Numbered from the stretch's first letter, positions 27,689 to 36,463 are shown. The stretch: DNA of 64,000 nt from Chloroflexota bacterium (GCA_022821645.1 JAJEDE010000022.1:74794-138793), one strand, 5' to 3'. The notes: a model not told the origin generated them from the letters alone. A program made the numbers and translations.

Positions 27689-27703
27689 GCAGGCCATCAG
27701 GAC

Positions 27704-28873
27704 ATGAAACGCGGTCTAACCGGCAATTACGACGGCATGATCGCCACCGGTGAGCGGATCGAGGCTTTCGTGCCAATGCCTCTGCCCCCGGAGCCGCCGC
27801 TAGCGATTGAAGGGACGCTACAGCAGGCCCTGGAACGCGCACTGCTTGCCCTTGGACGCCTTGACAGCATCTCGATGCTGCTGCCTGACCCCGACCTGTT
27901 CATCTACAGCTACGTCCGCAAGGAGGCCGTGCTCTCGTCGCAGATCGAGGGCACACAGTCTTCGCTTTCGGATCTGCTGCTGTTCGAACTGGAGCAGGCC
28001 CCTGGCGTGCCACAGGACGACCTGGACCTGGTGGAGGTTTCCAACTATGTCGCGGCTCTCGATCACGGCATTGCGCGGCTGCGTGGAGACTTCCCGCTCT
28101 CGAACCGGTTGATCCGGGAGATTCACGGCGTATTGCTCGCGCGCGGGCGCGGCAGCGACAAGGATCCCGGCGAGTTCCGGCGCTCGCAGAATTGGATTGG
28201 CGGGACGCGTCCGAGCAACGCCGCATTCGTGCCGCCGCCGCATACCGCCGTTCCCGATTGCATGTCGGGACTCGAGCGATTCCTGCACGCCGACGACGAT
28301 GGCCTGCCGCTGCTGGTGCGGGCCGGACTGGCGCACGTCCAATTCGAGACCATTCATCCCTTCCTGGACGGCAACGGGCGCGTTGGGCGACTCCTGATTA
28401 CTTTCCTGCTGCACCATGGCGGAGTCCTGCGTGAGCCTCTGCTCTATCTCAGCCTGTACTTCAAACAGCACCGTTCGACCTACTACGACCTGCTGGATCG
28501 AGTCAGGCGCGAAGGCGACTGGGAAGCCTGGATGGCGTTTTTCCTGGAAGGGGTCAGCCAGGTGTCCACGGACGCAGTCGCCACCGTGGAACGGCTGGAA
28601 CGAATGTTCCGCGCCGACCGTGCGGCAATTGAAGCTACCGGTCGCCGAGCAAGTACGGCCCTCCGAGTGCACGAAGTATTCAAGGCACGGCCCGTCCAAT
28701 CGCTGGCTAGCGCGGCCGAGTCAGCAGGCCTCTCGTTCTCAGGCGTTTCGTCGGCGGTGCGGCTCCTTGTCGACCTTGGAATTGCGCGCGAACTGACGGG
28801 GAGGCGCCGCAACCGGCTGTTTGCCTACGACCGATACCTGGCTGAACTGCTTGAGGGGACGGAACCGCTTTAG
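27704..28873 (+). CDS. Fic-family protein (class II, internal inhibitory helix; C-terminal winged-helix-like domain)
   Basis: The Fic motif is HPFLDGNGRVGR. The N-terminal inhibitory motif SxxxEG is present as SSQIEGT. The C-terminus (...LSFSGVSSAVRLLVDLGIARELTGRRRNRLFAY) is HTH-like. Confidence 0.9.
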   Translation: MKRGLTGNYDGMIATGERIEAFVPMPLPPEPPLAIEGTLQQALERALLALGRLDSISMLLPDPDLFIYSYVRKEAVLSSQIEGTQSSLSDLLLFELEQAPGVPQDDLDLVEVSNYVAALDHGIARLRGDFPLSNRLIREIHGVLLARGRGSDKDPGEFRRSQNWIGGTRPSNAAFVPPPHTAVPDCMSGLERFLHADDDGLPLLVRAGLAHVQFETIHPFLDGNGRVGRLLITFLLHHGGVLREPLLYLSLYFKQHRSTYYDLLDRVRREGDWEAWMAFFLEGVSQVSTDAVATVERLERMFRADRAAIEATGRRASTALRVHEVFKARPVQSLASAAESAGLSFSGVSSAVRLLVDLGIARELTGRRRNRLFAYDRYLAELLEGTEPL

Positions 28874-29011
28874 GTCAGGACTTCGGGATCATCCACTCCA
28901 GAGTCCACCGGACAGGCGCAGGGCAGCAGCCGATCGTCGTTGGGCACGGGCAGCCCCGCCAGCGTGCGCGAGAATGCGGCCTACGGTGCCGTAGCAGCGA
29001 AAGCCGCGCCA

Positions 29012-30457
29012 ATGTCCACCAACCAGCGCCCGAATGTAATTGTGATCGTCAGCGACACATACCGGCCCGACCACATTGCGGCGAACGGGCATCCGGACGT
29101 GGTCACGCCGGAGTTGGACGACTGGCTGGGGCGAAGCGTGACGTTTGAGCAGGCCACGGTGTCCAGTTTTCCGACGATTCCGATGCGGACGGACTGGTTC
29201 ACGGGTCGGTTCGGTCACCCGCGGCATGGCTGGCGGAACCTGGATCCAGCGGCGGTGACGCTGCCGGAGGTGCTGGGGGCGACCGGGTATCGGACGCAGC
29301 TGATCGCGGATACCACGCACCTGATGAACTCGCACTTTTTCCATCGGTTCGACCGCCATCACTTCAACCGCGGGCATGAGGGCGACGGCAAGTTCCTGCG
29401 GTTGAACGATCCGATCGAGCACGTGGTGGAGGATCCGCGCAAGACGCGGGTGGAGTTTGGGAACCACGCCTACATGCCGGTTCTGCCCGACATCCACGCG
29501 CACACCAACTACTGGCGGCGTTACGAGGACCAGTCGCAGCCGATGCGGATGGCGGACGACGTGTGCCGGTTCCTCGAGGACTGCTACGCAAGCCCGCAGC
29601 CGTTCATGCTGTGGGTGGACTGCTTTGACGTGCATGAGCCGTGGTTTCCGCCGCGTTACCTGCTGGACCTCTACGACCCGACCTACGAAGGGGAGCCGAT
29701 AGCCCAGCCGAACTACCGCGAGGCGAGTGTGTATACGCCCGAAGAACTGCGAAACATGCAGGCCCGCTACAAGGCGATGTGCACGCTGCTGAGCAAGGCG
29801 GTGGGGCGGATGCTGCGGACGGTCGAGGACGCCGGACTGCTGGATAACTCCATCGTGGTGTTCATGTCCGACCACGGGATGTACCTGGGCGAGCGGGGCC
29901 GTACCGGCAAGTCGGGCATCCAGGCCGATGCGCGGAGCGTGTTCCCTTTCCACTGCGAGATCAACCGGATCTGCTGGTCGATGCACGTGCCGCCGTCACT
30001 GGGCCGGACTACTGCCGCGCCGGGATCGCGGCTGGCGGGCCTGGTGCAGGCGCCGGACCTGATGCCGACGGTGCTGGAGTTGTGCGGCATCCCGGCGCCT
30101 GACGACGTGGATCTGGAAGGGAGCAGCCTGGTCCCGCTGCTGGAGGGCGACGTGGATGGGCCGCGTCCGCTGGCGATCACCGCAACGACGACCAACGTCG
30201 ACGGCGGCTGGGTGCACACGCGCGCACCGGCGGTGACCGACGGCGAGTGGAAGTTGCTGGTGGACGAAGGCGACGGGGACGGCGGACCCGAGCTGTACCG
30301 CATCGCCGACGATCCAGGCGAGTCGGTGAACCTGATTGCCGAGGCTCGGGACGAGGCGCAGCGGATTCACGCGAAGATGCTGGAATGGCTGTCGGCGCAT
30401 GATGCGACGCCGGCAGCCTTGGAGCGGCTGAGCGCCGAGCGCGTCGGTCTGGACTGA
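29012..30457 (+). CDS. sulfatase-fold (alkaline phosphatase superfamily) hydrolase with Thr at the nucleophile position
   Basis: PNVIVIVSDTYRPD is present. The signature region is FPTIPMRTDWFTGR, which aligns to C/S-x-P-x-R-x-x-[LIVMFW]2-[TAR]-G with T in place of C/S. The later MSDHG is also present. I chose the start at ATG 29012 (MSTNQRPN). Confidence 0.75.
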   Translation: MSTNQRPNVIVIVSDTYRPDHIAANGHPDVVTPELDDWLGRSVTFEQATVSSFPTIPMRTDWFTGRFGHPRHGWRNLDPAAVTLPEVLGATGYRTQLIADTTHLMNSHFFHRFDRHHFNRGHEGDGKFLRLNDPIEHVVEDPRKTRVEFGNHAYMPVLPDIHAHTNYWRRYEDQSQPMRMADDVCRFLEDCYASPQPFMLWVDCFDVHEPWFPPRYLLDLYDPTYEGEPIAQPNYREASVYTPEELRNMQARYKAMCTLLSKAVGRMLRTVEDAGLLDNSIVVFMSDHGMYLGERGRTGKSGIQADARSVFPFHCEINRICWSMHVPPSLGRTTAAPGSRLAGLVQAPDLMPTVLELCGIPAPDDVDLEGSSLVPLLEGDVDGPRPLAITATTTNVDGGWVHTRAPAVTDGEWKLLVDEGDGDGGPELYRIADDPGESVNLIAEARDEAQRIHAKMLEWLSAHDATPAALERLSAERVGLD

Positions 30458-30590
30458 GCTGCTCACGGAGCGGTTCTCATAACGCACGTGCGGGTGTGCA
30501 GGCCACCGGGAGACGCGGCGTGGGCTTTGCCCGCGGGGCAGAATGGCGGGATGCATCCACGACATCTCGCGCACCGATGAGACCAGACCC

Positions 30591-31529
30591 ATGCACGCGC
30601 TGATTACCGGCGGCGCCGGCAGCATCGGATCGCGGCTGGCCGCCGCGCTGATCGAGCGGGGCGACCGCGTGACGGTCGTGGACGTGCGGGCGGAGCCGGT
30701 GGCACCGTCGGCGACGTTCGATCGCGCGGACGTACGCGTGGGGGAAACGCAGGCGGCGGGATTCATCGATGGGATCGTTGCGGAAACGCGGCCGGACGCG
30801 ATCTTTCACTTGGCGTCGCTGCTTTCGGGAAGTTCAGAGACCGACTCGGAGCTGGCCTGGCGGGTGAACCTGGACGGCATCCGCAACGTGCTGGAGGCGG
30901 CGCGAATCCATGGCGTGGAACGGGTGCTGTTTCCCAGTTCGGTGGCCACATTTGGCATGGGCGTCGGCGATACGGTGACCGACGACAGCCCGCAGTGGCC
31001 GGCGGGGCTCTATGGCGTGACGAAGGTGCTCGGCGAGCGGCTGGGGGTGTATTACTTTCAGCGCTTCGGCGTGGACTTTCGATGTGTCCGGCTCTCGGCC
31101 ATGGTGGCGCCCACGGCGCCGGCGGCGGGCGCGGCCAGCGCGTTCGTCTGCGAGCTCTACATCGGCGCAGTACGCCAGGGCGGCTATACATTCAAGGTCT
31201 ATCCCCACAGCCGCATCCCGTTGGTCTGGGTGGAGGACGTGGTTGGATCGATGCTGCAGTTGCACGACGCGCCGGCCAGCCAACTCAGCCGCCGCGTCTA
31301 CCAGGTGATGGGCTCGAACCCGACGGTCCAGGAAATGGCCGACGCGGTGCAGCGGCGAATGCCGGACGTGAAGCTCCGTTTCGACCCGGACCCCGTACCC
31401 GCCGGCGTGGTGGACAGCTGGGCCTCCAGCATGGACGACACCAGCGCCCGCACCGACTGGGGCTGGGCGCCCAGGTTTGACCTGGACGGCATGACGGACG
31501 CGGTGCTGGCGGAGCTACGGGCCGGATAG
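30591..31529 (+). CDS. NAD-dependent epimerase/dehydratase family protein (threonine dehydrogenase-like SDR)
   Basis: MHALITGGAGSIGS is followed by the catalytic YGVTK. I chose the start at ATG 30591. Confidence 0.8.
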   Translation: MHALITGGAGSIGSRLAAALIERGDRVTVVDVRAEPVAPSATFDRADVRVGETQAAGFIDGIVAETRPDAIFHLASLLSGSSETDSELAWRVNLDGIRNVLEAARIHGVERVLFPSSVATFGMGVGDTVTDDSPQWPAGLYGVTKVLGERLGVYYFQRFGVDFRCVRLSAMVAPTAPAAGAASAFVCELYIGAVRQGGYTFKVYPHSRIPLVWVEDVVGSMLQLHDAPASQLSRRVYQVMGSNPTVQEMADAVQRRMPDVKLRFDPDPVPAGVVDSWASSMDDTSARTDWGWAPRFDLDGMTDAVLAELRAG

Positions 31530-31581
31530 CCAAGACGCTAGCGCCCGCGACTCCTCGAAGGAAACCTCGTTCGGGCCCCCG

Positions 31582-32436
31582 TCAGCCGATGGGCTGAAAC
31601 TTGTAGAGGGCGTCGTCGCGTTGGACTTCGCCCATGTAGATGGCGCCTTCGGGGTCGACCCAGATGCCGTGGGGGGCGCTGAAGGTGGCGCCGCCGTCGC
31701 CGGGGTCTTCCCAGGAGGTGATGGTCTGGCCGCTGAGGTCCAGTAGCGAGACTCGGCCGCCGACTTCGGCGAGGTAGATGACGCCCGCATCCTCGTCGAT
31801 GTAGAAGTCGGAGGGCTGGCGGAAGCCGGTCCACTCATCCATGTAGACGCCGTCGGGATCGAAGATCTGGATGCGGTGGTTTTCGCGGTCGGCCACCAGG
31901 ATGCGGTCGTCGCTGAGGGCCCAAATGCCGTGCGGGAGGTCGAATTGGCCGGGACCTGTGCCCGGCTCGCCCCAGCTGTTGAGCAACTGACCGCTGGGCG
32001 CGAAGCGGTGGCAGCGAGTGTCGCCATAGCCATCCGAGACGTAGATGGAGCCGTCGGCGCCGAGGTGGGTGTTGGTCGGGTGGTTGAAATGGCCGCCATC
32101 GGCGCTGGTGAAGTTGGGGTAGCCGATGCGGCGCACGACGCGGCCTTCGGTGGTGGTGACCCAGACGACCTGGGCGTAACGGTCGGTCAGCCAGAGGTGC
32201 TCGTTTTCGTCCAGGTAGACGCCGTGGGCGTGGTTGAGAAGGTCGTCGCCCCAGGTATCGACGATCCGGCCTTCGGCATCGAACACGATCATGGGGTGGG
32301 TGCCGCGGCAGAAGCAGTAGACGCGGCCGCGGCTGTCCACGGCCACGCTGCCGATCCAGCCCAGAAAAACGTCGGCCGGCAACTGCGGCCAGCCTTGCAC
32401 GCGCTCGTAGCGATGCGATCCACTTCCTACCGGCAT
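31582..32436 (-). CDS. NHL-repeat six-bladed beta-propeller protein (peptidylamidoglycolate lyase-like)
   Basis: Repeated blade motifs are present: VAVDSRGRVYCF, GVYLDENEHLWLTD, GADGSIYVSDGYG, ILVADRENHRIQIFDPDG and VIYLAEV. Confidence 0.7.
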   Translation of the reverse strand: MPVGSGSHRYERVQGWPQLPADVFLGWIGSVAVDSRGRVYCFCRGTHPMIVFDAEGRIVDTWGDDLLNHAHGVYLDENEHLWLTDRYAQVVWVTTTEGRVVRRIGYPNFTSADGGHFNHPTNTHLGADGSIYVSDGYGDTRCHRFAPSGQLLNSWGEPGTGPGQFDLPHGIWALSDDRILVADRENHRIQIFDPDGVYMDEWTGFRQPSDFYIDEDAGVIYLAEVGGRVSLLDLSGQTITSWEDPGDGGATFSAPHGIWVDPEGAIYMGEVQRDDALYKFQPIG

Positions 32437-32552
32437 CGGCCTGCCCTTCCGCGTGAACCTGTTACGCGCCCATCGTAGTCGGCGGCGGCGCGCTGCGCTT
32501 GTGGCGGGTTTTTCACGGACGGGCGGACCAGCGTCCGCTTAGACTCCCCGTC

Positions 32553-33527
32553 ATGGCGACCTTGGCAACCAGCGGCGCACCTGTGCGGGCCAGTGGCCTG
32601 TGGAAGCGGTTTGGGGCGCTGGACGTGGTGCGGGACGTCTCGCTGGAGATCGCGCCGGGCGAGGTGGTGGGCTTTGTGGGGCCCAACGGCGCGGGCAAGA
32701 GCACCACCATCCGCATGATGCTGGACATCTTTGCGCCGGACCGCGGCACGGTGGAGGTGTTTGGCGCGCCGATCGACGACGCGGCGCGAAGGCGGATCGG
32801 ATACCTGCCGGAGGAGCGCGGGCTGTATCCGGGTCTGCGGATTCCGCCGATCCTGAAGTACATGGCGGAGTTGAAGGGGGTGCCGTCCCACGAAGCACCC
32901 GGGCTGGCGGACGCGGCGCTGGAGCGGCTGGGCCTGACGGAACACCGCGCCAAGAAGGTGGGCGAACTGAGCCGCGGGTTGCGGCAGTTGCTGCAGTTTA
33001 CGGCGACGATTCAGCACAAGCCGGACTTCCTGGTGCTGGACGAACCGTTCTCGGGCCTGGACCCGGTGAACGTGCGGCTGATGAAGAACACGGTGGCCGA
33101 CCTGCGCGCCGACGGAGTGGCCGTGCTGTTCTCGACCCACCAGATGACGGACGTGGAGGAACTCTGCGACCGGGTGCTGATGATCAACCACGGCGAGATC
33201 GTGCTGAACGGCGGCGTGCGGGAGATTCGACGCCAGCACGCAAGCGATCGGCTGCTGCTGGAGTGCGCGTCGGACATGCCGTACGCCTTGTGTCTGCCGG
33301 GCGTGGCGGCGGCGGAGATGCACGGCGATGGCTGGCGCATCAGCCTGACCGAGGCGGGGTCGGCCGAGGGCGTATTGCGAGCGCTGCTGGACGCGGGCAT
33401 CCAGATCGAGCGGTTCGAACGCGAGGCGCCGACCCTGGAAGAGATCTTCCTGCGGATCGTCGGCGGCTCGGACGGCACCGCCGACGGGGCCGGGATCTCT
33501 GATGCGGAGGCGCAGGTCGATGGGTAG
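32553..33527 (+). CDS. ABC transporter ATP-binding protein (NatA-like, ABC-2 type)
   Basis: Walker A is GPNGAGKST, the signature is LSRGLRQ and Walker B is FLVLDEPFSGLD. I chose the start at ATG 32553. There is an 8-nt overlap with the downstream permease start. Confidence 0.9.
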   Translation: MATLATSGAPVRASGLWKRFGALDVVRDVSLEIAPGEVVGFVGPNGAGKSTTIRMMLDIFAPDRGTVEVFGAPIDDAARRRIGYLPEERGLYPGLRIPPILKYMAELKGVPSHEAPGLADAALERLGLTEHRAKKVGELSRGLRQLLQFTATIQHKPDFLVLDEPFSGLDPVNVRLMKNTVADLRADGVAVLFSTHQMTDVEELCDRVLMINHGEIVLNGGVREIRRQHASDRLLLECASDMPYALCLPGVAAAEMHGDGWRISLTEAGSAEGVLRALLDAGIQIERFEREAPTLEEIFLRIVGGSDGTADGAGISDAEAQVDG

Positions 33528-34163
33528 CGTCCGGATCGTCACCCGGCACGAGTTTCGGACGGCCGTCACCCGGCTGTCGTTCATCATCACGACAGCGGCC
33601 GTGCCGGTCCTGGTGGCGCTGGCGGTGGCCGGCTTCGCGATCTTCACGCTGGTGACGCGAGGCGACGGGGATACGGAAAGCGCGCCGGGCATTGAGCGAA
33701 GCGATGAACTGCCGCGCCTGGGATACGTGGACATGACTGCTGGACCGGCGCTGTTTGACGGTCACCGCGAGCAGGCGGGGGCGCTGTTCGTGCCGGTGTC
33801 GGACCGGCCGACCGGAGTTGCGGCGCTGAGGGACGAGGAGATCGAGGCGCTGTTTGAGTTCCCGCCGGACTTTGTCGAGACGGGCCGCGTGGTACGGGTG
33901 AGGTTCGCTGATGACGGCGGCGGCGTCTTCGACCCTGATGACCCTTCGTATAGCGGGGCGTTACGCGGGTTCGTGCTGTCGAATCTGTTTGCGGGCGAGG
34001 TGTCGGGCACGTTGGCCGAGCGGCTGCAGGTTCCTTACCGGCTGGCAACGGAGGAAGTGCAGGCGGATGGCGGCGAGGCGGACGCGGGCGAAACTGAGTT
34101 CGACATCGGCCGGGCGGTGTTCTTCGCGGTGGTCGGCATTTCGCTGCTGTTTTCGCTTTTTTT
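33520..34163 (+). pseudogene. NatB-like ABC-2 permease, 5' fragment (interrupted by IS insertion)
   Basis: MGSVRIVTRHEFRTAVTRLSFIITTAAVPVLV...FFAVVGISLLFSLF runs directly into the left inverted repeat. The track ORF 33502..34290 reads on into IS sequence and then terminates. Confidence 0.85.
34156..34163. repeat. target-site duplication, left copy (CTTTTTTT)
   Basis: The 8 bp immediately outside IRL are identical to 36486..36493 immediately outside IRR. Confidence 0.85.
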
Positions 34164-34190
34164 GGGAATTATCGGCTTGACGATCCTAGA
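34164..34190. repeat. left terminal inverted repeat (IRL)
   Basis: IRL is GGGAATTATCGGCTTGACGATCCTAGA. The reverse complement of 36459..36485 is GGGAATTATCGGCAAGGCGATCCTAGA. Confidence 0.85.
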
Positions 34191-34237
34191 TATGCTGCGA
34201 TACACTCTACGTATCGCAGTTGAGAAGGGGATCGAAC

Positions 34238-35155
34238 GTGAGCCTGATTCAGTTCACGCAGAAGTACGCGACGCCCGAGGCGTGCCTTGAGCACCTGAAA
34301 GCCGTCCGCTGGAAGAACGGCGCCTACTGCCCGCACTGTGGGAGCAAGCGCAAGATTTACCACTACTCCGACGGCCGCCGTCACCGCTGCGCGGATTGCA
34401 AGCGCGTCTTTCGACTGATTACGGGCACCATCTTCTCGAACAGCCCGATCAAGCTCCTGCCCAAGTGGTTCGCGGCCATCCACCTGGTCACCGAACTCCG
34501 CAAGGGCATATCCGCGCTGCAACTCTCGCGCGAGCTTGAAGTGGCCTACGAGACCGCGTGGCACATGCACGCGCGGATTCAGAACGCGGCCAGCCTGGTA
34601 GACACCGGAATGCTCACCGGCCAGGTTGAGATCGATGAGACCTATATCGGCGGCAAAGAGTCCAACAAGCACGCGGACAAGCGAACCGAGGGCACGCAAG
34701 GCGCGGGATCGGCCAAGACCAAAGCCGTCGCGTTCGGCATGGTTGAGCGCGGCGGCAAGGTGCGAGCGTTCCACGTCCAGTCCGCAGCGAGCCGCCACGT
34801 CACCCCGCACGTTATCCGCAACATCGCGCTCGGCTCCGACATCAGCGCGGACGAACACCGCGCCTACAGCACGCTCGACGGCTTCTACGCGATTGCCCGC
34901 ATCAACCACGGGCGCGGCGAGTACCGGCGCGGCGCAACGTCCACGAACGCGATTGAGAGTTTCTGGGCCCTGGTCAAGCGGTGCTTCGTCGGTACGCACC
35001 ACTGGTGGAGCCGCAAGCACACCCAGCGATACCTGGACGGCTGCGCGTTCCGCCTGAATGTGCGAGAGTTCGCTCCCCTGAGCCGCGTAGACACGTTGCT
35101 AGCCGCTGGCATGGCACCGGACGCGCAGCTCCCCTACAAGGCGCTGGTGGCGTAA
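34238..35155 (+). CDS. IS1595-family (ISXO2-like) DDE transposase
   Basis: The N-terminal zinc ribbon is CPHCGS...HRCADCKRVF. The core has VEIDETYIGGK, ISADEHRAY and NAIESFWALVKR, typical of the IS1595 transposase domain. GTG 34238 (VSLIQF...) is preferred over the track start 34220. The stop TAA overlaps the dam ATG. Confidence 0.8.
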   Translation: MSLIQFTQKYATPEACLEHLKAVRWKNGAYCPHCGSKRKIYHYSDGRRHRCADCKRVFRLITGTIFSNSPIKLLPKWFAAIHLVTELRKGISALQLSRELEVAYETAWHMHARIQNAASLVDTGMLTGQVEIDETYIGGKESNKHADKRTEGTQGAGSAKTKAVAFGMVERGGKVRAFHVQSAASRHVTPHVIRNIALGSDISADEHRAYSTLDGFYAIARINHGRGEYRRGATSTNAIESFWALVKRCFVGTHHWWSRKHTQRYLDGCAFRLNVREFAPLSRVDTLLAAGMAPDAQLPYKALVA

Positions 35156-36009
35156 TGGCTGACCTGAACAGCATCCTAAGCGTGACACCCCGCCCGTATC
35201 TCCCGCCCGCCCGCGCTCACCCGTTCGTCAAGTGGGCCGGCGGCAAGCGAGCCTTGATCCCCGAGATTGCCGCGCGGTTGCCGGACGCGCTGGGCACCTA
35301 CTGGGAGCCGTTCACCGGCGGCGGCGCGGTGTTCTTTGCCCTGGACGGGCTGACCACGGCGGCGCGGCTCTCCGACATCAACTCGGAGTTGATCATCACC
35401 TACGCGGTCGTCCGCAACCATCCCGAACGGCTGATTGACGCGCTGCGCGTCCACGAGGGCCAGCACAAGCGATCCGGCTACTACGTAAGCGTCCGCAAGC
35501 AGCGCGACGCGCAGGATGCCGTCGAAGTCGCCGCGCGGTTCATCTATCTCAACAAGACCTGTTTCAACGGCCTGTATCGCGTCAACAAGTCCGGCCAGTT
35601 CAACGTGCCCAAGGGCCGGTACAAGAACCCGAAGATCTGCGACGCTGACAACATCCAGAACGCGAGCGAGGTGCTCCGCAAGGCGCGGCTGCGCTACGGC
35701 GGCTTCGATGAGATTGACCCGAACGGCGGCGACTTCGTGTACTGCGATCCGCCGTATGACGGCGCAAGCGTGGCCTACGCGCCGCATGGCTTCGACGATG
35801 ATGATCAGCAGGCCCTACGCGACGCGGCGGCGCGCTGGGCGCGCCAGGGCGTCAACGTGATGCTCTCCAACGCGGATACGCCCCTGATCCGTTCGCTCTA
35901 CCGGCGCGCGCCGTTCACGCTTCACGAGGTGCAAGCGCCGCGCTCGATAAGCTGCGACGGCAACGGGCGCGGCAAGGTGGGCGAGCTGATCATCACCACG
36001 TATGGCTAG
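35155..36009 (+). CDS. Dam-type (D12 class) N6-adenine DNA methyltransferase
   Basis: FVKWAGGKR, the SAM-binding motif EPFTGGGAVFF and the catalytic motif VYCDPPY are present. I placed the start at ATG 35155 (MADLNS), overlapping the transposase TAA (TAATG). The longer track ORF 34981 is an out-of-context extension. Confidence 0.85.
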   Translation: MADLNSILSVTPRPYLPPARAHPFVKWAGGKRALIPEIAARLPDALGTYWEPFTGGGAVFFALDGLTTAARLSDINSELIITYAVVRNHPERLIDALRVHEGQHKRSGYYVSVRKQRDAQDAVEVAARFIYLNKTCFNGLYRVNKSGQFNVPKGRYKNPKICDADNIQNASEVLRKARLRYGGFDEIDPNGGDFVYCDPPYDGASVAYAPHGFDDDDQQALRDAAARWARQGVNVMLSNADTPLIRSLYRRAPFTLHEVQAPRSISCDGNGRGKVGELIITTYG

Positions 36010-36463
36010 TGCCCGCACCGGCAACCGGACGGGCCGCAGCCTAGAGCGGTCGGTTGCCGAGATCATCGAGATTGCCGGGTATCGGCTTGTCGAACGGTCC
36101 ACGCTGTTCTGGGCCATGCGGGAAGTCGCGCAGCCCATCTATGCCGCGCAAGTCGAGACCGGCCACGACATCTACGGCAAGCGGCGGCGCGTGGACTTCG
36201 TGCTCTATCACCCGCAACGCTGGCCGGGGTGTCTGGTCATTCAGTGCAAGTGGCAAGCGTCGCGCGGGAGCGTGGATGAGAAGTACCCGTACGAGGTGCT
36301 GAACATCCAAATGGGCGAGTACCCGACGATCATCGTCCTGGACGGGAGCGGCTACTCACCGGGCTCTGCGACGTGGCTACGCGGCCAGCAGGGGAAGAAC
36401 CAGCTACGCCACGTTCACGACCTGGGGCAGTTCCAGCGGTTCGCTAGCCGTGGCTCTCTCTAG
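36002..36463 (+). CDS. small PD-(D/E)XK-like (Mrr/Hjc-like) putative restriction endonuclease, 153 aa
   Basis: GRSLERSVAEIIEIAGYRLVER...KRRRVDFVLYHP...CLVIQCKWQ fits the G..E(R)..(helix)...D...(E/Q)xK nuclease-core layout. There is an 8-nt overlap with the dam stop (ATGGCTAG). Its own TAG lies inside IRR. Confidence 0.55.
   Translation: MASARTGNRTGRSLERSVAEIIEIAGYRLVERSTLFWAMREVAQPIYAAQVETGHDIYGKRRRVDFVLYHPQRWPGCLVIQCKWQASRGSVDEKYPYEVLNIQMGEYPTIIVLDGSGYSPGSATWLRGQQGKNQLRHVHDLGQFQRFASRGSL

Noticed and set aside
27361-27703. Separate Fic antitoxin (FicA/VbhA-like small ORF) upstream of fic
   Set aside because: There is no plausible small ORF with an SxxxE(G/N) motif in the gap. The inhibitory motif (SSQIEG) is inside the Fic protein itself (class II), so none is expected.
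28889-29986. 365-aa minus-strand ORF
   Set aside because: It is antisense to the sulfatase-fold gene and has an R/H/P/V-rich composition with no motifs.
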